Shown: positions 37,071 to 47,740 of the stretch, in pieces
Layout of the letters: each line of letters begins with the position of its first letter
Numbering within the stretch: position 1 is the stretch's first letter
Assembly: GCA_965197475.1 (NCBI GenBank)
Contig: CBDANF010000003.1
Location: 3,488,001-3,552,000, forward strand
Origin: Candidatus Poribacteria bacterium
GTDB lineage: Bacteria; Poribacteria; WGA-4E; WGA-3G
DNA: 64,000 bases
Reading direction: 5' to 3'
The notes under the pieces: generated by a model
Databases searched by the model: none
The model's input: the letters and a program-made list of their open reading frames with translations, nothing else
What the model was told of the DNA's origin: nothing
Program-made: the position numbers and the translations under genes

Positions 37071-38760
37071 ATGAGTGTACAAGCCTGGACTTTCGTAATG
37101 GTTGGCCTCACCTTTGCATTGTATATCGGACTTGCGGTCTGGTCCAGAGCACGTTCAACAGGGGACTTCTATGTTGCTGGCAGCAACGTGCATCCGGTTG
37201 TGAACGGATGGCAACAGCGGCGGATTGGATGAGTGCTGCATCCTTCATCTCAATGGCAGGACTCATTTCGTTTATGGGACGCGACGGATCCGTCTACCTG
37301 CTTGGATGGACCGGCGGATATGTGTTACTTGCACTGCTATTGGCACCCTACCTCCGTAAATTCGGTAAGTATACCGTGCCCGATTTTGTCGGTGATCGGT
37401 ATTATTCACAGTTGGCACGGGTTGTTGCTGTTGTGTGCGCTGTGTTTGTCTCATTTACCTACGTCGCAGGACAGATGCGCGGTGTCGGTATTGTCTTTTC
37501 CCGGTTTCTGAATGTCAATATTACAATAGGTGTACTGATAGGCATGGGGATTGTGTTCTTTTATGCTGTCCTCGGAGGGATGAAAGGCATTACCTACACG
37601 CAGGTTGCACAATATTGTGTCCTCATGTTTGCTTACCTCGTGCCTGCTATTTTCATCTCAATCTTAATTACCGGCAACCCTATTCCCAGTTGGGATTGGG
37701 CGCAGCAGATAATACAGGCGTGTACCTCTTAGACCGCCTCAACGGACTGCACGAAGCACTCGGTTTTGATCGGTACACTGATGGAAGCAAATCTACGATT
37801 GATGTCTTTTTCATTACGGCTGCCCTAATGTTAGGAACAGCCGGACTTCCGCACGTGATTATCCGTTTCTACACAGTCCGAAAAGCTTCAGAAGCAAGGA
37901 TTTCTGCAGGATGGGCATTACTATTTATTGCACTGCTCTATACAACTGCCCCCGCAGTAGCAATCTTTGCACGAACTAATCTCCTCAATACTGTAACTTC
38001 TGAACAGGATGGCGAATTAATAGATGTCAAATATCAGGACGTGCCAGAGTGGTTTAAGAATTGGGAAGCGATTAAACTTATTACGTTTAACGATTTAAAC
38101 GGTGATGGTGCAATTCAGTACCGTGGACCAAAATCCGATGTAGAGAATGAACTCGAAATTGACAGGGACATCATGGTGTTGGCGAATCCGGAAATCGCGA
38201 AACTTCCGAATTGGATTGTAGGATTAGTTGCAGCGGGTGGCTTGGCAGCCGCTTTGTTTACAGCGGCCGGACTTCTTTTAGTTATCTCAACTGCTATTGC
38301 CCATGACTTACTTAAAGGTTGTATTGTCCGAGATTTATCAGAGAAAAACGAATTGACCGCAGCACGAATCGCAGCCGGTTTTGCGGTCTGCATCACAGGC
38401 TATTTTGGTATCAACCCACCCGGATTTGTAGGACAAGTCGTCGCATTTGCTTTTGGACTCGCTGCAAGTTCATTTTTCCCCGCAATCGTCATGGGAATTT
38501 TCTCTAAGCGGATGAACAAAGCTGGCGCAGTAACAGGAATGATTGTCGGTATCACTTTTACAGCAGCGTATATCATCTTTTTCAAATTTATAGAACCCGA
38601 TCTTAACAAGCCAGAGCATTGGCTATGGGGCATATCCCCTGAAGGAATCGGTACTCTCGGCATGGTGTTAAATTTTATTGTTGCTACTACCGTATCTGCT
38701 TTCACGCCGCCTCCACCTGAAGAGGTGCAAGCAATGGTTGAAGAAATTCGAGTTCCCTAA
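37071..38760 (+). pseudogene. Sodium:solute symporter (ActP-like) with two -1 frameshifts (~37208, ~37685)
   Basis: MSVQAWTF...FYVAG..VHPVVNG | [18 protein letters not shown]...[14 protein letters not shown] | QLG...GTAGLPHVIIRFYTV...AFGLAASSFFP. Confidence 0.85.
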
Positions 38761-38775
38761 AATGGAGGTGTTCTG

Positions 38776-40461
38776 ATGAAATTCAAAACCTTAGTTCAAG
38801 ATCACAGTTCATCACTGCCTTGGATTAACATACTTAAATTAATCATTTTCACACTTTTAATAGTTGGTATTCCTGTTTCCGCACACGCAGCAAAGGTGAC
38901 TAACTTTATTCCCGCAGAAAGTTTCGTATACGTCCAACTTAAAGATATTGATGAAGTTTACAGTGAAATTGAGATTTCGGAAAATTGGGAGAAAACCCGC
39001 GATCTACTCATAGACAAAGCAGATTGGCAGCAAATGCAACAGGGTTTGTTGATGGCACAAGGGATCGTTCGCACTGATGTGTTCGGTTTAATTGACACTG
39101 TAGGATACCAAACAGGGTTCGCATTGTGGAAATCAGAGACAGATACCGTTCAGGGTGGATTTGTTGTGCATTCAGGTGGAAATCTTGCAGAACTGCAACG
39201 ATTGACCAAAATTTTGACCGGTTTTATTGGTTTGTCTGAAGGCACGTTAAAACTTAATGCAGGGGAATATAGGGGGGTTAAATACAATACACTCCAGTTA
39301 CAGGAAGTCCTTTTCACTTATGGATTTGTAAGTGATTTTCTTGTTGTAGGCATTGAGGAGAATAGTTTTGAAAAGTTAATTGACACCTACCGCAAGAGAG
39401 TACCATCTATTCAAAAAAGCATATCGTATTCAAAAGCTTCTAAAAAGTTCGGGGAAGGACAATTGAGCGTTTCGATTAATGTATCAGAGGTATTGCCTTT
39501 GGTCGAAGATATGGATGCTAATGTGAGAGTACAACTGGAGACTTTTAAAAATGTTTATGCTAAACTCAACTTGCTTGATACAAAGCCGCTTCTTCAGATT
39601 TATACCGAATTCGATCCCACCCTCCTAGAAAGCAAAATTGGGCCTTTTCTGCAAGAGGGGGGCGAAATGGAAATACTTAAAAGCTTGCCTGGGGAGGAAG
39701 ACCTGTTTATTGCTGTTGCGCCAAGCTGCTTAGAAAATGTGTGGCAGCTTGCTCAAATTGCAATTGAAAATGCAGAATCGGATGAGGCTTATGCTTTCAT
39801 TACGTTTCTTGAAGGGATTTTGAATCTCAACTTTGAGGAAGATGTCATCGCTGGTTTGACTGGCGAAATCGCCTTGTCTGTTGATGATTTAACGCTGTTT
39901 GATCCGAATGCTTTGGAAAGCCTTGAACTTGAAATAGATAACAACTTTGAGATTGATGCAGCAAACGTAGATACACTCGGAAGCTTAATTTTCTTTCCCA
40001 GTAACCGCCTCAAATGGGATCAAATAAGTAACAGTCTTTCTAACCTGCAGAATACTTCTGTATCCCACACTAACTATAAAGGCACAAAAGTTGCGATGTT
40101 TGCTTCGAATATCTACTATGCTGAAAGGGATGGGCTCGCTCTTTTAAGTTTTTCTGAAGACCAGATGTATTCAATCGTAGATGAACTTCAGGCAAAAAAG
40201 AAGCCATCCTACTTAAAGCGTTTACCTAAAAACCCACTGGTAGTTGTAAAACTAAACATTGCGAAGTTGTTAGAGTTGATTAATGGTGCTATGCAGATAG
40301 AAAATGATGTTGTACCAGCAGATGAAATATTTCCGATCCTTGCTTGGATAACAGTCAAAGAAAATGAGGCAGTGTTAGAAGTGACACTTTCAGAGAAAGA
40401 ATCGCCGCTTGAGATATTGATAAAATTCGCACCTTTTATCGCTTCCCACCTGAAGAATTAG
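38776..40461 (+). CDS. Hypothetical exported/membrane-anchored protein (DUF3352-like)
   Basis: 561-aa ORF with GGAGG RBS and an N-terminal hydrophobic segment. Confidence 0.65.
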   Translation: MKFKTLVQDHSSSLPWINILKLIIFTLLIVGIPVSAHAAKVTNFIPAESFVYVQLKDIDEVYSEIEISENWEKTRDLLIDKADWQQMQQGLLMAQGIVRTDVFGLIDTVGYQTGFALWKSETDTVQGGFVVHSGGNLAELQRLTKILTGFIGLSEGTLKLNAGEYRGVKYNTLQLQEVLFTYGFVSDFLVVGIEENSFEKLIDTYRKRVPSIQKSISYSKASKKFGEGQLSVSINVSEVLPLVEDMDANVRVQLETFKNVYAKLNLLDTKPLLQIYTEFDPTLLESKIGPFLQEGGEMEILKSLPGEEDLFIAVAPSCLENVWQLAQIAIENAESDEAYAFITFLEGILNLNFEEDVIAGLTGEIALSVDDLTLFDPNALESLELEIDNNFEIDAANVDTLGSLIFFPSNRLKWDQISNSLSNLQNTSVSHTNYKGTKVAMFASNIYYAERDGLALLSFSEDQMYSIVDELQAKKKPSYLKRLPKNPLVVVKLNIAKLLELINGAMQIENDVVPADEIFPILAWITVKENEAVLEVTLSEKESPLEILIKFAPFIASHLKN

Positions 40462-40476
40462 GAGGATAGCAAAGTA

Positions 40477-40749
40477 ATGTTTGCTCGGATTAGAACACTC
40501 AATCAAAAAACAAAATGGATGAAGTGGCCAAGTATTGTTCTTTGCTTGCTCATTGGAATATATAATTTTGTTGATGGTTATACATTTCTGCAAGATGAAC
40601 CAGGCCACCGATCAGGGATACTACTCATTATCTCTGGTTCGTTTTTCCTCTTAAGTGGTGTCTTTCAATGCTTATCACGTTATCTCACTGCTAATGTTGT
40701 TGGCGCAATCTCAGCTGTTGTAGCAGTGGTTATATTTTTCATCGCGTAA
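40477..40749 (+). CDS. Small membrane protein
   Basis: Three hydrophobic segments; AGGAGG RBS. Confidence 0.65.
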   Translation: MFARIRTLNQKTKWMKWPSIVLCLLIGIYNFVDGYTFLQDEPGHRSGILLIISGSFFLLSGVFQCLSRYLTANVVGAISAVVAVVIFFIA

Positions 40750-40906
40750 TCTCATTCTTGGATAAGACCGTAATTTAGTGTGTTGGTAAATTTAGAAAGG
40801 AGCCTGCATTTTCCCAGATATATGCTGTTGAGGTGTGAAAAGTTCCATTTTGTGACGTGTCCCTCAACTAAAGTAGATAACATGAGAGAACTTGCAGGAT
40901 TTTGAA

Positions 40907-41719
40907 ATGATAGATGTCTGTTTTTTTGCTGATGAAGTTTCCAGAGAAGATTTTGAGGAAGCTATAAAACTCGGTGTGGAAGCCGGTGCCACTGCTGCGG
41001 AAGTGCGTGGTGGCGTTTGGGGCAAACACGTTACCGAAATTGATGATGACGACGTAAAGCGCGCGCAGGATGTACTAAGTTCTTATGATGTCAAGGTTGT
41101 CAGTATCGGTTCACCTTTCGGGAAATGCCCAATAGACAATCCACAGGAGTATGAACGGCACCTACGACACTTCGATCGAATGGTTGAACTTGCACATGCA
41201 TTTGAAACACAGATAATTCGAGGATTTGCATTTTGGAATCCAAATCGTAGGCTTAAAGAGACATCCCGCCCGGATATTAACGATTATTTGGAACGAATTG
41301 CTGAAAAACTTGCCCCTGTCGTTCCAATTGCTGAGAGCGCAAACGTTATCCTCGCTTTTGAAAATGAAGATGCCACACTTGTGGGCACCTGTGAAGAGAC
41401 ACGTGCAGTTATTGATGCGCTTGGTAATAGTCCGGCACTCGCTTCATGTTGGGATGTTAATAACGGTTTACACTGTGGTGAACTCCCTTTACCGGATGGA
41501 TATTCACATATTAAGGGACTTGTGCGGCATGTGCATGTCAAACCGAATCGAGAGAAAAATCTGGATCCGATTCGAGACACAGACTTAAAATATGAACAGT
41601 TGTTAAGAACACTTGTCAATGATGGGTTTACCGGCGCAGCAAGCATTGAACATTGGGGAAACCCGCAACAGATGTTAGATGGTATTCGTCAACTTCGCGC
41701 TGTTGTTGAGGCAATGTAA
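40907..41719 (+). CDS. Sugar phosphate isomerase/epimerase (xylose isomerase-like TIM barrel)
   Basis: FADEVS, IGSPFGK, IRGFAFW, LAFENE, WDVNN, HVHVK, ASIEH. Confidence 0.87.
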   Translation: MIDVCFFADEVSREDFEEAIKLGVEAGATAAEVRGGVWGKHVTEIDDDDVKRAQDVLSSYDVKVVSIGSPFGKCPIDNPQEYERHLRHFDRMVELAHAFETQIIRGFAFWNPNRRLKETSRPDINDYLERIAEKLAPVVPIAESANVILAFENEDATLVGTCEETRAVIDALGNSPALASCWDVNNGLHCGELPLPDGYSHIKGLVRHVHVKPNREKNLDPIRDTDLKYEQLLRTLVNDGFTGAASIEHWGNPQQMLDGIRQLRAVVEAM

Positions 41720-41754
41720 CCTCTACACCAAAAACGTAAGGAAAATTTTTTATT

Positions 41755-42819
41755 ATGCAATTGAAACCTGATGCCCCACATCTGAATTGGCAAGGCGTTG
41801 TGTCTCTTGAGAAAACAGATGACTCACTTATGCCGTGGCGAACTCCTCACCAGATGCACGTGCTATTTCCAGAACCGTTATTAGAACGCTCAGCGATGCC
41901 CGCAGGGGTTCGTGTCAGCTTTCGGAGTAACACCACCCGCGTTTCGGGCAGTATCGTTGAGCAGCGCGAATCCGGTATGCTTGACCTCTGTTGTAATGGA
42001 GAATTCATTGAATCGTTTGATCTGAAGGGAAAAAACAGCTTCGTCTTTGAGAATCTGTCGGGTCAGGACAAATTAATTGAATTATGGTTGCCACAATTCG
42101 GAAGGTTTCAACTTCGTAATTTAAACATAGATGATGGCGCGACATTAGAACCGTTCATTGATAAACGTCCACGGTGGATCACTTATGGAAGCTCTATCAC
42201 CCAGTGCCGCTCAGCGGCATCACCAACGCAGACATGGCCAGGGGTTGTGGCACGCGATCAAGGGTTCAACTTAACTTGTCTCGGTTATGGTGGGCAGTGT
42301 CACCTTGATTCTATGATAGCGCGGATGATCCGTGACCTACCAGCTAACTATATCTCAATGTGTCTCGGCATCAACATCCAAGGGGCATCTAGTTTGGGAC
42401 CTCGTGCGTTTCGTCCGGCAATTGTCGGCGCAGTACAGATTATTCGTGAAAAACATACGGACATACCTATCGTCCTGATGTCACCTATCTACTGTCCGAA
42501 CAGAGAAGAAAACCCAAACGCTGTTGGTTTCAATCTGCAGAAAATGCGTGAAGAGGTGCAAGCAGCTGCCGAAGCACTGCAAACTTATGGTGACGATAAT
42601 ATTCATTACGTCAGCGGTTTAGACGTATTCGGTCCTGACTTTGTTGACCTGCTCCCGGATAACTTGCATCCCGATGCAGAGGGATATAGAGTGATGGGAA
42701 AGAATTTTATAACTGCGGTAGCTAAGAAATTTTTTCTGATTCCGTATAAACCTAAAGTGCACGAAGTATTGAATTCCGTGACAAATACAAAAACCTTTTA
42801 CAAAGAAATCCAACGCTAA
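41755..42819 (+). CDS. SGNH/GDSL hydrolase (SsfX3-like N-terminal domain)
   Basis: YGSSITQ, LGYGGQC, LGIN, DNLHPDAEGY. Confidence 0.88.
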   Translation: MQLKPDAPHLNWQGVVSLEKTDDSLMPWRTPHQMHVLFPEPLLERSAMPAGVRVSFRSNTTRVSGSIVEQRESGMLDLCCNGEFIESFDLKGKNSFVFENLSGQDKLIELWLPQFGRFQLRNLNIDDGATLEPFIDKRPRWITYGSSITQCRSAASPTQTWPGVVARDQGFNLTCLGYGGQCHLDSMIARMIRDLPANYISMCLGINIQGASSLGPRAFRPAIVGAVQIIREKHTDIPIVLMSPIYCPNREENPNAVGFNLQKMREEVQAAAEALQTYGDDNIHYVSGLDVFGPDFVDLLPDNLHPDAEGYRVMGKNFITAVAKKFFLIPYKPKVHEVLNSVTNTKTFYKEIQR

Positions 42820-42957
42820 AACAACCAAGACTCAAGTAGCACTGAGCGTTGTTGCATAGTTATGGAAGGGTTTTCGCACAACTACCGCGAAATCATTTTG
42901 ACAAAAGCCTCCTAATTCTATTCGCAATGCCTCTGCTGCTATAAGGAGGTATTTCCG

Positions 42958-43673
42958 ATGAGACGTATAATGTACTGTTTGCTTGGGGTGGTAGTCATGT
43001 TAAATGCGCCTGCGGCTTTTGCAATCCATAACGAGGAGAAGGGACCGGAAAAATTCGGACGCTACGAATTCAAAGAACAGGATATTGATGCAGCAACTAA
43101 AGCTTGTGATGCTGACGGTAAACCGGGACCCGAATTTGTGCCAACGGTTCGGGATAAACAACCGAATTTGGCTTTATTGAAAGATGCTAAAGCGGAGGCT
43201 TCTTCCCTATTAGCAGGGTGGTGTCCCCACCGGCACTGCACGGAATATCTTAATGATGGCTTCTACAACAACTGCCGTAGTTGGATCATTGATACGATCC
43301 CCGGCTGGGCAGAGATCGACATCGGTGCTGTCGCTAATGTGAACCGCATCTTTTTTGCAAGTGATCATTCGCAAGGCTTCATTGACCGCACAGCTGCCGA
43401 TTTTGACATCCTCGTCGCAACAACCAAGGCAGATGCAAACTCTATGCAGATACATGGAAAAAAGTCTACACCCACGAGGGGGCACCAATTAGCAAAACTA
43501 CTGAGTTTACATTTGAAGATGTAGAAGCACGTTGGCTGCGCATCCACATTCGTGCCAATAATGGCGCGCGTATTGATGAAATTGAGATTTATGGAGGCAA
43601 TGATCCGATGGCAGTTGAACCAACTGCTAAACTAACGACAATCTGGGCACAAGTTAAAACTGATAAATTCTAA
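42958..43673 (+). pseudogene. Secreted discoidin/F5-8-like protein with Poribacteria-type C-terminal motif, frameshifted near 43443
   Basis: Signal peptide; LNDG, WAEIDIG; the alternate frame continues TWKKVY...ARWLRIHI...IDEIEIYG...AVEPTAKLTTIWAQVKTDKF*. Confidence 0.7.
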
Positions 43674-43682
43674 CAATATGTA

Positions 43683-44127
43683 ATACCATATCTAATTGAC
43701 ATAATATCATAATAGCTTGTTTTATACCATACACCTTTCGCACCGCTGGTGCTTAGTTTCTTGTGGTATACTTTTCTATACACCTTCCGCACCGCTGGTG
43801 CTGATACGATTGACTATAGCCTCGGAGAGGCAGCATGCGCGTATGGCATGCTGCATGAGGTATATAGCAGCTGATGTCTGTGTTTACCAAGCTCCAGAGG
43901 GGCGACAGGTGTATATTTTCCACCGCATAACACTAAAATCGACGCATAAGGGTATCGCAAGCTCTACCCGACGGACGAAATAATGCAATACAATCTATTA
44001 GAAATGGTATAATACCATTTCTAATAAATTATCTTTCATTAGGGATTTGTCCGTGGAAGAAACCCCCTTATCAGGGGGACTTTTAAAGAATAGTCGTTAT
44101 GTAAGTTTTTCAAATAGAAATGGTATA
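43683..44127. mobile_element. Two abutting MITE-like elements with ATACCATTTCTA-type termini
   Basis: ATACCATATCTAAT (43683) ... ATTAGAAATGGTAT (44010); ATACCATTTCTA (44012) ... TAGAAATGGTAT (44126); internal repeat ACACCTT(T/C)CGCACCGCTGGTGCT x2. Confidence 0.6.
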
Positions 44128-44145
44128 AGGTAACTTGAAGCGTAA

Positions 44146-45183
44146 ATGATGCAGCAAAAAACCGCCTTGAGTACAGATCGCGGCATTGATCCCTTAACCA
44201 TCGGCATTATTGGTGCTGGCAGGATGGGAAGACATCATCATAGTGCAATAACCGGCTACGGCGCGCGTGTAGTTGCTGTTCACGATGTTCGGCTTGAGGT
44301 AGCACAAGAACTTGCAACGCTTGCCGATACTGAACTTGCTACCGATGTATTGGGTGATTTTTTTGATATAGAAATGAACGGGGTGGTGATTACAACGCCA
44401 CCTCCTGTTCGTTTAGAGCCTATCCAGATGGCGTGCGAACGCGGTATCGCATTGATGGTTGAGAAACCGCCCGCACTGAATATTGCTGAAGGACAAAAAT
44501 GTCTTGAATGTATTGAAAAAGCAGATGTGATCGCAGCGGTCGGATTTCAACTCCGGTACCATCCTCTCTACGAACGACTGAAGGCATTAATCACTTCAGA
44601 GACTGTCCATCTGGTGCGAACAGTCTGCACAATCAATTACTACCTCAATTTTCAAATGCCTACCTGGTTTCTACAGTCTGAGATAAGCGGTGGTCCCTTA
44701 GCAGAACAAGCGGTGCATGTGCTTGATTGTGCAAGGTTTGTTTTAGGAAATCCGAAACCTATGCAAGCACACGCATTGGCTGTAAAAAATATGGCGTTAG
44801 ACCGAACCGAATTTGACGCTGAAAATGCTATCCAGATGACTTACGAATTGGACAATGGCGTTTTCGGAACACACATGAATCACTGTGGTACCGAAGGGTT
44901 TTGCTTTGAAGTTGAGGTTGTAGGACCGCATTTACGCTTGCAAGCAAATATGGCGGATAACGCAATTCGCGGCTATTTTAATGGTGATACAATAAATGAA
45001 TCTGCTGTTTCGCAAAACAGTTTAGGTTTAGACAAAACTGAAGCGTGGCTACGTGCTATTGAAACGGCGGATAGAACACTGATCCGTTCCACTTTCGCTG
45101 ACGCACTTCACACGCTTGAATTGATTGACGCGGCAATTAAAAGTCGCAATACAGGCAAATTTATTAAAGTGGAGGAATTGTAA
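44146..45183 (+). CDS. Gfo/Idh/MocA oxidoreductase
   Basis: IGIIGAGRMG, EKPPA, VGFQLRY, SGGPLAEQAVHVLD. Confidence 0.9.
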   Translation: MMQQKTALSTDRGIDPLTIGIIGAGRMGRHHHSAITGYGARVVAVHDVRLEVAQELATLADTELATDVLGDFFDIEMNGVVITTPPPVRLEPIQMACERGIALMVEKPPALNIAEGQKCLECIEKADVIAAVGFQLRYHPLYERLKALITSETVHLVRTVCTINYYLNFQMPTWFLQSEISGGPLAEQAVHVLDCARFVLGNPKPMQAHALAVKNMALDRTEFDAENAIQMTYELDNGVFGTHMNHCGTEGFCFEVEVVGPHLRLQANMADNAIRGYFNGDTINESAVSQNSLGLDKTEAWLRAIETADRTLIRSTFADALHTLELIDAAIKSRNTGKFIKVEEL

Positions 45184-45527
45184 TGATAGACTGGATCTAT
45201 TTTCGGAATAGCTGAAACTCATGCAAAAAAGTGCAAGAGGTTCTTGACACACACAACTTACAAGCAGAAAACCGATCTGATGCGCGAAAAGAAAAACTGG
45301 AAGCAGACGCTGTATGGGATTTAATGGTAAATGCTGATCGGATAGTTGTCGCGAAGGGTAAGAGCGTGGAAACCTTTGTCCCAAATGATGATGACCGTGA
45401 ATCAATTCTGAAAGCAGTTTTGGGACGCAGTGGTAGTTTGCGTGCCCCAACGGTCAAGACAGGGAATACCTTTTTTGTTGGCTACAACGATGCACTCTAT
45501 AGTGATGTGCTGTTCGCAAACGGGTAG
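45183..45527 (+). CDS. ArsC-family selenoprotein (UxxC), in-frame TGA at 45213
   Basis: MIDWIYFRNS-U-NSCKK in frame with the 45231 ORF (GRSGSLRAPT...VGYN); SECIS-like hairpin downstream. Confidence 0.8.
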
Positions 45528-45537
45528 CTAAAAACAG

Positions 45538-46302
45538 ATGGTTATTGAAAAGATTCTGATTACCGGTGCTTCTGGCTATCTTGCCCAATTCATCATTGAG
45601 CGGTTGCACACCGAATATCAACTGACACTGACTGATATTGTTGAACCGAAGCGCGAGTTTGATGGAACAACATTTATCAAAGCAGATGTAACAAATGCAT
45701 CTGAAATTGAAGATGCGTGTGCAGAGCAAGATGCTGTCGTTCACCTCGTCGCGCTGGTAAGGGAACGACACGGTAAACCTAACCCTTTATTTGCAGATGT
45801 AATGGTAAAGGGAACATGGAATGTCGCTGAGGCATGTGTGCGGCAGGGCGTGCAAAAATTGGTTAACATCTCAAGTATTGCTGCATGCCCACCTGCGCCA
45901 GGGGTCCAATTGCCTTATCAGGTTGGCGATGCGTTTCAGTTTGGTAGAGGCGACCTTTATTATGCGTTAGCAAAACACCTCGGTGAGCAGATCGGCTTAG
46001 CCTACCATCAAGCACACGGATTGAAAGTAATTCATGTCCGTCCAGGTGTCATAGCAGGAGATGGGCAAAATCCCGGTCCTTCAGCACCTGAAGTCGTAAC
46101 CGATCCTTGGTTTGTTTACGTTGATCCGAGGGATGTTGCACAGTGTGTGGAACGTGCTATTGAAACGGAACACGTAAATTACGGCGCATATAACGCAGTC
46201 GCTGGTCGGGCAGACTCGCGTTACGACTGGAAGCAAGCAAAAAAGGAATTAGGGTATTCACCCGAACACAATTGGGAAGATATACCGGATAGTGATCAGT
46301 GA
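45538..46302 (+). CDS. NAD-dependent epimerase/dehydratase
   Basis: ILITGASGYLA, VHLVA, GTWNV.EA, YALAK. Confidence 0.9.
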   Translation: MVIEKILITGASGYLAQFIIERLHTEYQLTLTDIVEPKREFDGTTFIKADVTNASEIEDACAEQDAVVHLVALVRERHGKPNPLFADVMVKGTWNVAEACVRQGVQKLVNISSIAACPPAPGVQLPYQVGDAFQFGRGDLYYALAKHLGEQIGLAYHQAHGLKVIHVRPGVIAGDGQNPGPSAPEVVTDPWFVYVDPRDVAQCVERAIETEHVNYGAYNAVAGRADSRYDWKQAKKELGYSPEHNWEDIPDSDQ

Positions 46303-46309
46303 GGTACTT

Positions 46310-47740
46310 ATGACTTCTCAAAAAGACGAAATCCAATCACAAACCTCTGAGCTGCTTAACGAAATCACTGCACTTGATGTTGAACTCACTGAGGATTTCA
46401 AATCACAATTATCAATCGCTCCATTTTTATCTCGGAAAATTGTGAGTTTTCAAGGAAACAAAGATAAACCAGCATATAGTTGGTATAAATACAAAGAAGC
46501 GTTTTCGGCGGGACTTGTTGCCTATTTTCTGGGCGGTTATGAAGGTGGAATGCGGGGAACAGTGCTTGACCCATTCGCAGGTATAGGCACAACACTCTTT
46601 GCCGCAAGTGAGCAAGATATTCACGCTGACGGGATTGAATTGCTGCCTATTGGACAGGAAATTATCCAAACACGACTTTTATTGCAAAAAGGCTTGACCT
46701 CTAATGAAATTGCTACGTTTGAGTGCTGGATAGTCTCTCAACCATGGAGGGAATTTCCGGAGAAAGTGCCATTTAGCACGTTCCGGATTACAAATGGTGC
46801 CTATCCTTCAGAAACATTAGAAGCAATTGAACGTTACAGGGGTGCACTACAGCAGGAGAGTGAGAAGATTCAGGCAATTCTTCGTCTTGCATTGTTGTGC
46901 GTTTTAGAATCGATTAGTTATACCCGAAAAGATGGACAATATCTGCGTTGGGATGCGCGCTCGGGCAAAATACGACCAGGCACAAAGCCGTTCAATAAAG
47001 GGGCAATTCTTTCATTTGAGGCTGCAATAACTGCAAAACTAAAAGAGATTTTATCAGATGTAACTTCTGCTGAAACACCCACAACTCTCTTTCCTGTAAC
47101 ACAAACATCAAGTGATATTCGGTTGTTTAAAGACTCGTGTCTTGAAATTTTACCCTCCTTAGAAACATCAACTTATGATGCAATCATGACTTCGCCCCCT
47201 TATTGCAACCGTTACGATTATACTCGGACCTACGCTCTTGAGTTGGCGATGTTGGGTTTGACCCATGAAGAAGTTTGTGATTTACGGCAGGAAATGCTCA
47301 GTTGTACGGTAGAAAACAGAGAGAAGGATTTATTGAAAATTTGTCCGAAGTGGTCTCCATTTATAGAAGCAGTCAACAATCAGAAATTGCTTAAAACAAT
47401 AAACACCTATCTTGAGCACGAAAAGGCGGCTGGTACATTAAACAACAACAGCATTCCGAGAATGGTCCGCGGTTATTTTTCTGAAATGGCGTGCGTCATT
47501 GGTGAATGTTTCCGCTTGCTAAGACCGAATGCGCGTCTCTTTATGGTCAATGATAATGTGCGCTACGCAGGTGTTAGCATTTCTGTAGACCTGATTTTAT
47601 CCGATATAGCACGAACGTTGGGGTTTGAAGTTGAAAAAATACTCGTAGTACCAGGAAAAAAGGGAAATAGCAGTCAGCAAATGGGCACTTATGGTCGCAT
47701 ACCTCTTCGTAAATGTGTATATGTCTGGAGAAAAAGATAG
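46310..47740 (+). CDS. DNA N4-cytosine methyltransferase of an AvaI/BsoBI-type R-M system
   Basis: WYKYKEAFS, VLDPFAGIGTT (motif I), TSPPYCNRYDY (motif IV), KGNSSQQMG. Confidence 0.9.
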   Translation: MTSQKDEIQSQTSELLNEITALDVELTEDFKSQLSIAPFLSRKIVSFQGNKDKPAYSWYKYKEAFSAGLVAYFLGGYEGGMRGTVLDPFAGIGTTLFAASEQDIHADGIELLPIGQEIIQTRLLLQKGLTSNEIATFECWIVSQPWREFPEKVPFSTFRITNGAYPSETLEAIERYRGALQQESEKIQAILRLALLCVLESISYTRKDGQYLRWDARSGKIRPGTKPFNKGAILSFEAAITAKLKEILSDVTSAETPTTLFPVTQTSSDIRLFKDSCLEILPSLETSTYDAIMTSPPYCNRYDYTRTYALELAMLGLTHEEVCDLRQEMLSCTVENREKDLLKICPKWSPFIEAVNNQKLLKTINTYLEHEKAAGTLNNNSIPRMVRGYFSEMACVIGECFRLLRPNARLFMVNDNVRYAGVSISVDLILSDIARTLGFEVEKILVVPGKKGNSSQQMGTYGRIPLRKCVYVWRKR

